Assembly: GCF_000195955.2 (NCBI RefSeq) | Contig: NC_000962.3 | Span: 3,450,001 to 3,482,000 of the forward strand | DNA: 32,000 nucleotides | Direction of reading: 5' to 3' | DNA from: Mycobacterium tuberculosis H37Rv | GTDB lineage: Bacteria; Actinomycetota; Actinomycetes; Mycobacteriales; Mycobacteriaceae | Shown: one piece after another, positions 1 to 9,115 of the stretch | Layout of the letters: each line of letters opens with the position of its first letter | Position numbering within the stretch: the stretch's first letter is position 1 | Translations under genes and position numbers: made by a program | The notes under the pieces: model-generated | Seen by the model: only the letters and a program-made list of their open reading frames with translations | What the model was told of the DNA's origin: nothing | Database searches by the model: none

Positions 1-923
1 ACCTGCGCAAAAACGTCATCCGGTCCGTATTACGTGGTGCCCGGCCACTGTTCGCTTCCCGCCGGCTGGGTATTGCCGGCCGTCGAGTCCTGCTGGCGAC
101 GCTGACGGCCGGCGCGCGCGCCCCCAAGGGCACCCGCTTTCAGCGCGTCAGCATCGCCGGTGTCCCGGTCCAGCGGGTGCAACCCCCCCATGCGGCAACC
201 AGCGGGACGCTGATCTACCTGCACGGCGGTGCCTACGCCCTGGGCAGCGCCCGGGGCTACCGCGGCCTGGCCGCCCAGCTCGCGGCGGCGGCCGGAATGA
301 CGGCGCTGGTCCCCGACTACACCCGCGCACCGCACGCCCACTATCCAGTGGCCCTCGAAGAGATGGCTGCGGTGTACACCCGCTTGCTCGACGACGGGCT
401 CGACCCGAAAACGACCGTCATCGCCGGTGATTCGGCTGGCGGAGGGTTGACCCTGGCGCTGGCCATGGCGCTGCGCGATCGCGGCATCCAGGCCCCGGCC
501 GCACTCGGCCTGATCTGCCCGTGGGCCGATCTCGCCGTCGACATCGAAGCGACGCGACCGGCGCTGCGCGATCCGCTCATTCTTCCGTCGATGTGCACCG
601 AATGGGCGCCGCGCTACGTAGGGTCCTCCGATCCGCGGCTGCCCGGTATCTCCCCGGTCTACGGCGACATGAGCGGCCTGCCGCCCATCGTCATGCAGAC
701 CGCGGGCGACGATCCGATCTGCGTTGACGCGGACAAGATCGAAACCGCCTGCGCCGCTTCGAAAACAAGCATCGAGCATCGCCGGTTCGCGGGCATGTGG
801 CACGACTTCCATCTGCAGGTCAGTCTGCTCCCCGAAGCCCGCGACGCGATCGCCGACCTCGGGGCAAGGCTGCGCGGCCACCTCCACCAATCGCAGGGAC
901 AACCACGGGGAGTAGTCAAATGA
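1..923 (+). CDS. lipR: Alpha/beta hydrolase (HSL-type acetyl-hydrolase/esterase), 5' end just outside the window
   Basis: Frame stays open from base 3 to 923 ([21 protein letters not shown]...). HSL motif [11 protein letters not shown] and nucleophile motif GDSAGG are present. The listed ORF starts internally at 177. Confidence 0.93.
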
Positions 924-1750
924 GCTCATTCGAAGGCAAGGTCGCCGTCATCACCGGGGCCGGCTCGGGCATCGGCAGAGCGTTGGCACTCAACCTCTCC
1001 GAGAAGCGCGCAAAGCTTGCCCTTTCCGATGTCGACACCGACGGGCTGGCCAAAACCGTGCGCCTGGCTCAAGCGCTCGGCGCGCAGGTGAAGTCGGACC
1101 GGCTCGACGTCGCCGAACGCGAGGCGGTGCTGGCCCACGCCGACGCCGTCGTCGCACATTTCGGCACCGTGCACCAGGTCTACAACAACGCCGGCATCGC
1201 GTACAACGGCAACGTCGACAAGTCGGAGTTCAAGGACATCGAGCGCATCATCGACGTCGACTTCTGGGGCGTCGTCAACGGCACCAAAGCCTTTCTGCCG
1301 CACGTGATTGCCTCCGGCGACGGACACATCGTCAACATCTCCAGCCTGTTCGGGCTGATCGCGGTGCCCGGGCAAAGCGCCTACAACGCGGCCAAGTTCG
1401 CGGTGCGCGGCTTCACCGAGGCGCTGCGCCAGGAGATGCTGGTCGCCAGGCATCCGGTCAAGGTGACGTGCGTGCATCCCGGCGGCATCAAAACCGCCGT
1501 CGCGCGCAACGCCACCGTGGCCGACGGCGAGGACCAGCAGACGTTCGCGGAGTTCTTCGACCGCCGGCTGGCGCTGCATTCGCCGGAGATGGCCGCCAAA
1601 ACCATCGTCAACGGAGTCGCCAAGGGCCAGGCCCGCGTCGTGGTCGGCCTGGAGGCCAAAGCCGTCGATGTGCTCGCGCGCATCATGGGCTCGTCGTATC
1701 AGCGGCTGGTTGCCGCCGGCGTCGCCAAGTTCTTCCCCTGGGCCAAGTAG
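920..1750 (+). CDS. sadH: Short-chain dehydrogenase/reductase
   Basis: ATG at 920 gives 276 aa beginning [23 protein letters not shown] (TGxxxGIG). NNAG and YNAAK motifs are present. Start overlaps the lipR stop (ATGA). Confidence 0.93.
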
Positions 1751-1780
1751 GCCCATAGAGTTCTAGAAAGGGACACCACG

Positions 1781-2887
1781 ATGAAAACCACCGCGGCGGT
1801 ACTGTTCGAGGCGGGCAAACCGTTCGAGCTGATGGAGCTCGATCTCGACGGGCCGGGTCCGGGCGAGGTGTTGGTCAAATACACCGCCGCCGGGCTGTGC
1901 CATTCCGACCTGCACCTCACCGATGGTGATTTACCACCGCGGTTCCCGATCGTGGGCGGCCACGAAGGGTCCGGGGTCATCGAGGAGGTGGGTGCCGGCG
2001 TCACCAGGGTCAAGCCCGGAGACCACGTGGTGTGCAGCTTCATCCCGAACTGCGGGACTTGCCGCTACTGCTGCACCGGCCGGCAGAACCTGTGCGACAT
2101 GGGGGCCACCATCCTGGAGGGCTGCATGCCGGACGGCAGTTTCCGATTCCATTCCCAGGGAACAGATTTCGGCGCCATGTGCATGCTGGGCACGTTCGCC
2201 GAGCGGGCCACCGTCTCGCAGCATTCGGTGGTGAAGGTGGACGACTGGCTGCCACTGGAAACCGCGGTGCTGGTGGGCTGCGGCGTGCCGTCCGGTTGGG
2301 GCACCGCGGTCAATGCCGGAAACCTGCGGGCCGGCGACACCGCCGTCATCTACGGCGTCGGCGGCCTGGGCATCAACGCGGTCCAGGGCGCGACCGCCGC
2401 CGGCTGTAAGTACGTCGTGGTGGTGGACCCGGTGGCTTTCAAGCGCGAGACCGCGCTCAAGTTCGGCGCCACCCATGCCTTCGCCGACGCCGCCAGCGCG
2501 GCGGCCAAGGTCGACGAACTCACCTGGGGGCAGGGCGCCGACGCGGCGCTGATCCTGGTGGGCACCGTCGACGACGAGGTGGTCTCGGCCGCGACCGCGG
2601 TGATCGGCAAGGGCGGCACCGTCGTCATCACCGGGCTGGCGGACCCGGCCAAACTCACCGTGCACGTCTCCGGAACCGATTTGACGCTGCACGAGAAAAC
2701 GATCAAGGGCTCGCTGTTCGGTTCCTGCAATCCGCAATACGACATCGTGCGGCTGCTGCGCCTCTACGACGCCGGCCAGCTGATGCTGGACGAACTCGTG
2801 ACCACCACCTACAACCTCGAACAGGTGAACCAGGGCTACCAGGATCTGCGGGACGGCAAGAACATTCGGGGCGTGATCGTGCACTGA
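1781..2887 (+). CDS. adhD: Zinc-type medium-chain alcohol dehydrogenase
   Basis: 368 aa. GHEGSGVIEEVGAGV, CGTCRYCCTGRQNLCD structural-zinc cysteines and Rossmann motif GVGGLGINAVQGA. Confidence 0.93.
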   Translation: MKTTAAVLFEAGKPFELMELDLDGPGPGEVLVKYTAAGLCHSDLHLTDGDLPPRFPIVGGHEGSGVIEEVGAGVTRVKPGDHVVCSFIPNCGTCRYCCTGRQNLCDMGATILEGCMPDGSFRFHSQGTDFGAMCMLGTFAERATVSQHSVVKVDDWLPLETAVLVGCGVPSGWGTAVNAGNLRAGDTAVIYGVGGLGINAVQGATAAGCKYVVVVDPVAFKRETALKFGATHAFADAASAAAKVDELTWGQGADAALILVGTVDDEVVSAATAVIGKGGTVVITGLADPAKLTVHVSGTDLTLHEKTIKGSLFGSCNPQYDIVRLLRLYDAGQLMLDELVTTTYNLEQVNQGYQDLRDGKNIRGVIVH

Positions 2888-2921
2888 CCAGCTTCCACCA
2901 ACCACGAATCCAGAGAGGACG

Positions 2922-4343
2922 ATGATGCGCAGGCTCAACGGCGTTGACGCGCTGATGCTGTATCTCGACGGCGGCAGCGCCTACAACCACACCCTCAAGA
3001 TCAGCGTGCTCGACCCGTCGACCGACCCGGACGGCTGGTCGTGGCCGAAGGCGCGGCAGATGTTCGAGGAGCGCGCCCACCTGCTTCCGGTCTTCCGGCT
3101 GCGGTACCTGCCCACACCGCTGGGCCTGCATCACCCGATCTGGGTCGAGGATCCCGAATTCGACCTCGACGCGCACGTGCGCCGGGTCGTCTGTCCCGCC
3201 CCGGGCGGGATGGCGGAATTCTGCGCGCTCGTCGAGCAGATCTACGCCCACCCGCTGGATCGCGACCGCCCGCTGTGGCAGACCTGGGTGGTCGAGGGCC
3301 TCGACGGCGGCCGCGTCGCCCTGGTCACGCTGCTGCACCACGCCTACTCCGACGGCGTCGGCGTGCTGGACATGCTCGCCGCGTTCTACAACGACACGCC
3401 TGACGAGGCCCCCGTGGTTGCGCCCCCGTGGGAGCCGCCGCCGCTGCCGTCCACCCGGCAACGCCTCGGTTGGGCCCTGCGGGACCTGCCCTCCAGGCTC
3501 GGCAAGATCGCGCCGACCGTGCGGGCCGTTCGTGATCGGGTGCGCATCGAACGGGAGTTCGCCAAAGACGGCGACCGGCGCGTCCCGCCCACGTTCGACC
3601 GCTCCGCACCGCCGGGCCCGTTTCAGCGCGGGCTGTCGCGCAGCCGGCGGTTCTCCTGCGAATCGTTCCCGCTCGCCGAGGTTCGCGAGGTGAGCAAGAC
3701 GCTGGGCGTCACCATCAACGACGTCTTTTTGGCGTGTGTGGCCGGTGCCGTTCGTCGCTATCTGGAGCGTTGCGGCTCCCCTCCCACCGACGCGATGGTG
3801 GCCACGATGCCGCTCGCGGTCACCCCGGCGGCCGAGCGCGCCCACCCCGGCAACTACTCGTCGGTCGACTACGTCTGGCTACGCGCCGACATCGCCGACC
3901 CGCTCGAGCGGCTACACGCGACCCACCTCGCCGCCGAGGCCACCAAGCAGCACTTCGCCCAGACCAAGGACGCCGACGTCGGCGCGGTGGTCGAGCTGCT
4001 GCCGGAACGCCTCATCTCGGGCCTGGCGCGTGCCAACGCGCGCACCAAGGGCCGCTTCGACACCTTCAAGAACGTGGTCGTGTCCAACGTGCCGGGGCCG
4101 CGTGAGCCGCGGTATCTCGGCCGCTGGCGCGTCGACCAGTGGTTTTCCACCGGGCAGATCTCCCACGGCGCCACGCTCAACATGACCGTCTGGAGCTATT
4201 GCGACCAGTTCAACCTGTGCGTAATGGCCGACGCAGTCGCGGTTCGGAACACCTGGGAATTGCTCGGCGGCTTCCGCGCCTCGCACGAGGAGCTGCTCGC
4301 GGCGGCCCGTGCCCAAGCCACGCCCAAGGAGATGGCCACATGA
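2922..4343 (+). CDS. WS/DGAT family acyltransferase (Rv3087-like)
   Basis: 473 aa with LLHHAYSDGVG (HHxxxDG active site) and a DUF1298-like C-terminus NVPGPREPRY. An alternative ATG lies at 2925. Confidence 0.9.
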   Translation: MMRRLNGVDALMLYLDGGSAYNHTLKISVLDPSTDPDGWSWPKARQMFEERAHLLPVFRLRYLPTPLGLHHPIWVEDPEFDLDAHVRRVVCPAPGGMAEFCALVEQIYAHPLDRDRPLWQTWVVEGLDGGRVALVTLLHHAYSDGVGVLDMLAAFYNDTPDEAPVVAPPWEPPPLPSTRQRLGWALRDLPSRLGKIAPTVRAVRDRVRIEREFAKDGDRRVPPTFDRSAPPGPFQRGLSRSRRFSCESFPLAEVREVSKTLGVTINDVFLACVAGAVRRYLERCGSPPTDAMVATMPLAVTPAAERAHPGNYSSVDYVWLRADIADPLERLHATHLAAEATKQHFAQTKDADVGAVVELLPERLISGLARANARTKGRFDTFKNVVVSNVPGPREPRYLGRWRVDQWFSTGQISHGATLNMTVWSYCDQFNLCVMADAVAVRNTWELLGGFRASHEELLAAARAQATPKEMAT

Positions 4344-5764
4344 CCCGCATCAATCCGATCGATCTGTCCTTCCTGCTGCTGGAGCGGGCCAACCGGCCCA
4401 ACCACATGGCCGCCTACACGATCTTCGAAAAGCCGAAAGGACAGAAATCGTCGTTCGGGCCGCGCCTGTTCGATGCCTACCGGCACAGCCAGGCGGCCAA
4501 GCCCTTCAATCACAAGCTGAAATGGCTGGGCACAGATGTTGCGGCGTGGGAAACCGTCGAGCCCGACATGGGCTATCACATTCGACACCTCGCCCTGCCC
4601 GCACCGGGTTCCATGCAGCAGTTCCACGAAACGGTCTCGTTCCTCAACACCGGCCTGCTCGATAGGGGCCACCCGATGTGGGAGTGCTACATCATCGACG
4701 GCATCGAGCGCGGCCGGATCGCGATCCTGCTCAAGGTGCACCACGCGCTCATCGACGGTGAAGGCGGCCTGCGCGCGATGCGCAACTTCCTCTCCGATTC
4801 ACCGGACGACACGACGCTGGCCGGTCCCTGGATGTCGGCGCAGGGCGCCGACCGGCCACGGCGCACCCCCGCCACGGTGTCGCGCAGGGCGCAACTGCAA
4901 GGACAACTGCAAGGAATGATCAAGGGGCTGACCAAGCTGCCGAGCGGCCTGTTCGGCGTCAGCGCGGACGCGGCGGACCTTGGTGCGCAGGCACTGAGCC
5001 TCAAGGCGCGCAAGGCGTCCCTGCCCTTCACGGCGCGACGCACTCTGTTCAACAACACGGCGAAATCGGCGGCGCGCGCGTACGGGAACGTCGAGTTGCC
5101 GCTCGCCGACGTCAAGGCCCTGGCCAAGGCGACCGGCACCTCGGTCAACGACGTGGTGATGACGGTCATCGACGACGCGCTGCACCACTACCTCGCCGAA
5201 CACCAGGCGTCCACCGACCGGCCGCTGGTGGCGTTCATGCCGATGTCGCTGCGTGAGAAGTCGGGCGAGGGCGGTGGCAACCGGGTGAGCGCCGAACTGG
5301 TCCCGATGGGTGCACCCAAGGCGAGTCCCGTTGAGCGCCTTAAGGAAATCAACGCGGCGACCACACGCGCGAAGGACAAAGGGCGCGGCATGCAAACGAC
5401 GTCCCGCCAGGCCTACGCGCTGCTACTGCTCGGCAGCCTGACGGTGGCGGACGCCCTGCCCCTGCTCGGCAAGTTGCCGAGCGCGAATGTGGTGATATCA
5501 AACATGAAGGGGCCCACCGAGCAGCTCTACCTTGCCGGTGCGCCGCTGGTGGCGTTCAGTGGCCTGCCCATCGTGCCGCCGGGCGCCGGGCTTAACGTCA
5601 CCTTCGCCAGCATCAACACCGCGCTGTGCATCGCCATCGGCGCGGCACCGGAAGCCGTGCACGAACCCTCCCGGCTGGCCGAACTGATGCAACGGGCATT
5701 CACCGAGCTCCAAACCGAAGCCGGCACAACGAGTCCCACAACATCGAAGTCGAGAACCCCATGA
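4340..5764 (+). CDS. tgs4: Diacylglycerol O-acyltransferase, WS/DGAT family
   Basis: ATG at 4340 gives 474 aa, MTRINPIDLSFLLLERANRPNHM, with KVHHALIDGEGG (HHxxxDG). ATGA overlap with the upstream gene. Confidence 0.9.
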   Translation: MTRINPIDLSFLLLERANRPNHMAAYTIFEKPKGQKSSFGPRLFDAYRHSQAAKPFNHKLKWLGTDVAAWETVEPDMGYHIRHLALPAPGSMQQFHETVSFLNTGLLDRGHPMWECYIIDGIERGRIAILLKVHHALIDGEGGLRAMRNFLSDSPDDTTLAGPWMSAQGADRPRRTPATVSRRAQLQGQLQGMIKGLTKLPSGLFGVSADAADLGAQALSLKARKASLPFTARRTLFNNTAKSAARAYGNVELPLADVKALAKATGTSVNDVVMTVIDDALHHYLAEHQASTDRPLVAFMPMSLREKSGEGGGNRVSAELVPMGAPKASPVERLKEINAATTRAKDKGRGMQTTSRQAYALLLLGSLTVADALPLLGKLPSANVVISNMKGPTEQLYLAGAPLVAFSGLPIVPPGAGLNVTFASINTALCIAIGAAPEAVHEPSRLAELMQRAFTELQTEAGTTSPTTSKSRTP

Positions 5765-7272
5765 AGAACATTGGCTGGATGCTCAGACAACGCGCGACCG
5801 TCTCGCCGCGGCTGCAAGCCTACGTCGAGCCGTCCACCGACGTCCGGATGACCTACGCGCAGATGAACGCGCTGGCGAACCGGTGCGCCGACGTGCTCAC
5901 CGCGCTGGGGATCGCCAAGGGCGACCGCGTGGCATTGCTGATGCCCAACAGCGTCGAGTTCTGTTGCCTGTTCTATGGCGCGGCCAAGCTCGGCGCGGTA
6001 GCGGTCCCTATCAACACCCGCCTCGCCGCACCCGAGGTGAGTTTCATCCTGTCCGACAGCGGCAGCAAGGTGGTGATCTACGGTGCGCCGTCGGCGCCGG
6101 TGATCGACGCCATCAGGGCGCAGGCCGACCCTCCGGGCACGGTCACCGACTGGATAGGCGCCGACTCGTTGGCCGAACGCCTGAGGTCGGCGGCCGCAGA
6201 CGAGCCGGCGGTCGAATGCGGCGGCGATGACAACTTGTTCATCATGTACACCTCGGGCACCACCGGACATCCCAAGGGAGTGGTGCATACCCACGAATCG
6301 GTGCATTCGGCGGCCAGTTCCTGGGCCTCGACGATCGACGTGCGCTACCGCGACCGCCTGCTGCTACCGCTGCCGATGTTCCACGTGGCGGCGTTGACGA
6401 CGGTCATCTTCAGCGCCATGCGCGGCGTCACGCTGATCTCGATGCCGCAGTTCGATGCGACGAAGGTGTGGTCACTGATCGTCGAGGAGCGGGTCTGTAT
6501 CGGTGGCGCCGTGCCGGCGATCCTCAACTTCATGCGCCAGGTGCCCGAGTTCGCCGAACTCGACGCGCCCGACTTCCGCTACTTCATCACCGGTGGCGCG
6601 CCCATGCCGGAGGCCCTGATCAAGATCTATGCCGCCAAGAACATCGAGGTCGTGCAGGGTTACGCACTCACCGAATCCTGTGGCGGCGGCACCCTGCTGC
6701 TCAGCGAAGACGCGCTGCGCAAAGCCGGCTCGGCCGGACGCGCCACCATGTTCACCGACGTGGCCGTGCGCGGTGACGACGGCGTGATCCGCGAGCACGG
6801 CGAAGGCGAAGTCGTGATCAAGTCCGACATCCTGCTCAAGGAATACTGGAATCGCCCGGAGGCCACCCGCGACGCTTTCGACAACGGTTGGTTCCGGACC
6901 GGCGACATCGGCGAAATCGATGATGAGGGCTATCTTTACATCAAGGACCGGCTGAAGGACATGATCATTTCCGGCGGCGAGAACGTCTACCCGGCCGAGA
7001 TCGAAAGTGTGATCATCGGCGTTCCCGGGGTCAGCGAGGTGGCGGTCATCGGCTTGCCCGACGAGAAGTGGGGCGAGATCGCCGCCGCCATCGTCGTTGC
7101 CGACCAGAACGAGGTCAGCGAGCAGCAGATCGTCGAGTACTGCGGAACCAGGCTCGCACGCTACAAGCTGCCCAAGAAGGTGATCTTCGCCGAGGCCATC
7201 CCCCGCAACCCGACCGGCAAGATCCTCAAAACGGTGCTGCGCGAACAGTATTCGGCGACGGTGCCGAAGTGA
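5761..7272 (+). CDS. fadD13: Long-chain fatty acid-CoA ligase
   Basis: ATG at 5761 gives 503 aa. AMP-binding motif IMYTSGTTGHPKG and C-terminal GEIDDEGYLYIKDRLKDMIISGGENVYPAEIE. Confidence 0.95.
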   Translation: MKNIGWMLRQRATVSPRLQAYVEPSTDVRMTYAQMNALANRCADVLTALGIAKGDRVALLMPNSVEFCCLFYGAAKLGAVAVPINTRLAAPEVSFILSDSGSKVVIYGAPSAPVIDAIRAQADPPGTVTDWIGADSLAERLRSAAADEPAVECGGDDNLFIMYTSGTTGHPKGVVHTHESVHSAASSWASTIDVRYRDRLLLPLPMFHVAALTTVIFSAMRGVTLISMPQFDATKVWSLIVEERVCIGGAVPAILNFMRQVPEFAELDAPDFRYFITGGAPMPEALIKIYAAKNIEVVQGYALTESCGGGTLLLSEDALRKAGSAGRATMFTDVAVRGDDGVIREHGEGEVVIKSDILLKEYWNRPEATRDAFDNGWFRTGDIGEIDDEGYLYIKDRLKDMIISGGENVYPAEIESVIIGVPGVSEVAVIGLPDEKWGEIAAAIVVADQNEVSEQQIVEYCGTRLARYKLPKKVIFAEAIPRNPTGKILKTVLREQYSATVPK

Positions 7273-7299
7273 TGCACGGCCCGAGCCGCTAGGACGGCG

Positions 7300-7990
7300 C
7301 GAGCCGCACGATGCCGGGAACGAGGTAGCGCGCAACGTACGCACGCAGCCCCTCGTCGTCATCGAGCGGGATCGGGCCCTCCGGCGCAGCGACCGGTAAT
7401 CCGTTGCCGTTGAGTGTGTTTGAGTTGCCCGTTCATGCGGCGGCGCTCGTCGATCTCCTCTTGCACCAGGGCCTCGACCGCCAGCCGCGAGCCGGTGATC
7501 CGGTCGTAGCTTCGGGTCCAGCGGCCGCCGCGGCTTGTCGCCCCATGCGGTTTGGATCACCCGCCGCGTGCTGCGGCTGGTGTCCAGCCAGGCGATTGCC
7601 CGCGCTCGCACCCGCTCGGCGCGCGGGTTGTCGGCGACCCCGAAGATGACCTCGGCGACGATGTCGAGCGCGATCGGGCCGGCGCGGTCTCGGAAACGGA
7701 CCTCCTCGCCCATTGGCCAGGTGGCGAGCGCCTTTCGGTCACGCGTTCCATGGCCCGCTCGTAGGACCTCAGCGCCTTTCCGCGGAAGGGCGGGCTGGCG
7801 TAGCGCCGGTCGGCGCGGTGCCTTCCATGCTGACCAGCGTGTGCTCGCCGAAGATCGCGTGGTGAGCCGGTCCATCGCCGGGGTCAGCTGAAGGACCGAG
7901 TTGCTCGCCGTGAAGACCCTCTTCACGTCTTCGGGATTGGGTCACGCACAGCGCGTCGACGGCTCCAGGCACGTTGAACAGGAAGCGATC
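7300..7990 (-). pseudogene. Degenerate, frameshifted N-terminal fragment of a cytochrome P450
   Basis: P450-like segments run in N-to-C order on the minus strand but in different frames: RFLFNVPGAVDALCVT / PEDVKRVFTASNSVLQL / HHAIFGEHTLVSMEGT / RRYASPPFRGKALRSYERAMERVTE / KALATWPMGEEVRFRDRAGPIALDIVAEVIFGVADNPRAERVRARAIAWLDTSRS / RSYDRITGSRLAVEALVQEEIDERRR. No heme-Cys motif was seen. Confidence 0.75.
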
Positions 7991-8210
7991 AACCGAGTTT
8001 TGTGGTGCGCGCGTAAAACCGCTGGGGGCCAGCCAGTATTCGGCTCCAAATGCGATCGAGGATAGGCGCACCCGGGGCCTCCATCGGGACTCTTCGAACT
8101 ACCACCGCTCACCTTGCAGTGCGACTACCAAGCCCGCCGACGTGTCTGCGGCGCAGTATTCTTCACGCACCTGGCCCGCGTACTCCCCGACCCAGCAAAG
8201 GAGTCCAGGA

Positions 8211-9098
8211 ATGACATGGCAGATCGTGTTCGTCGTGATATGCGTGATCGTCGCCGGCGTCGCGGCATTGTTCTGGCGACTCCCCTCCGATGACACGACG
8301 CGCAGCCGGGCCAAAACAGTGACAATAGCCGCCGTGGCAGCGGCGGCCGTGTTCTTCTTCTTGGGCTGTTTCACCATCGTTGGCACCCGCCAGTTCGCGA
8401 TTATGACCACCTTCGGCCGTCCCACCGGCGTAAGCCTGAACAACGGCTTCCACGGCAAGTGGCCCTGGCAGATGACCCATCCCATGGATGGTGCGGTGCA
8501 GATCGACAAGTACGTCAAGGAAGGCAACACCGATCAGCGCATCACGGTGCGGCTGGGCAATCAATCCACCGCGCTGGCAGACGTCAGCATCCGCTGGCAA
8601 CTCAAGCAGGCCGCTGCCCCGGAACTGTTCCAGCAGTACAAGACCTTCGACAACGTGCGCGTCAACCTGATCGAGCGCAACCTCTCGGTGGCGCTCAACG
8701 AGGTGTTCGCCGGCTTCAACCCGCTGGACCCGCGAAACCTCGACGTGTCCCCGCTGCCTTCGCTGGCCAAGCGCGCCGCCGACATCCTGCGCCAGGACGT
8801 GGGCGGGCAGGTCGACATTTTCGATGTCAATGTGCCCACCATCCAGTACGACCAGAGCACCGAGGACAAGATCAACCAGCTCAACCAGCAGCGCGCGCAG
8901 ACCTCGATCGCCCTGGAAGCACAGCGAACTGCCGAGGCCCAGGCCAAGGCCAACGAGATCCTGTCCCGCTCGATCAGCGACGACCCCAACGTGGTGGTGC
9001 AGAACTGCATTACGGCCGCGATCAACAAGGGAATCAGCCCGCTGGGTTGCTGGCCGGGAAGCTCAGCGCTACCCACCATCGCAGTGCCGGGACGGTAA
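8211..9098 (+). CDS. SPFH/band 7 (prohibitin-like) domain membrane protein (Rv3090-like)
   Basis: ATG at 8211 gives 295 aa. Two N-terminal hydrophobic stretches precede an SPFH domain (GTRQFAIMTTFGRPTGV...). The track ORF extends upstream to 7974 into non-coding-looking sequence. Confidence 0.85.
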   Translation: MTWQIVFVVICVIVAGVAALFWRLPSDDTTRSRAKTVTIAAVAAAAVFFFLGCFTIVGTRQFAIMTTFGRPTGVSLNNGFHGKWPWQMTHPMDGAVQIDKYVKEGNTDQRITVRLGNQSTALADVSIRWQLKQAAAPELFQQYKTFDNVRVNLIERNLSVALNEVFAGFNPLDPRNLDVSPLPSLAKRAADILRQDVGGQVDIFDVNVPTIQYDQSTEDKINQLNQQRAQTSIALEAQRTAEAQAKANEILSRSISDDPNVVVQNCITAAINKGISPLGCWPGSSALPTIAVPGR

Positions 9099-9115
9099 CC
9101 GCGAAGATTGACCCC

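Noticed and set aside
2703-3845. 380-aa minus-strand ORF opposite Rv3087 (and similar 1931-2938, 926-1756, 30-929, 4799-5395)
   Set aside because: Low-complexity antisense shadows of well-supported plus-strand enzymes, with no recognisable domains.
6472-7926. 484-aa minus-strand ORF as one intact gene
   Set aside because: Only its N-terminal part has P450-like segments, interrupted by frame changes. The rest is shadow sequence opposite fadD13.
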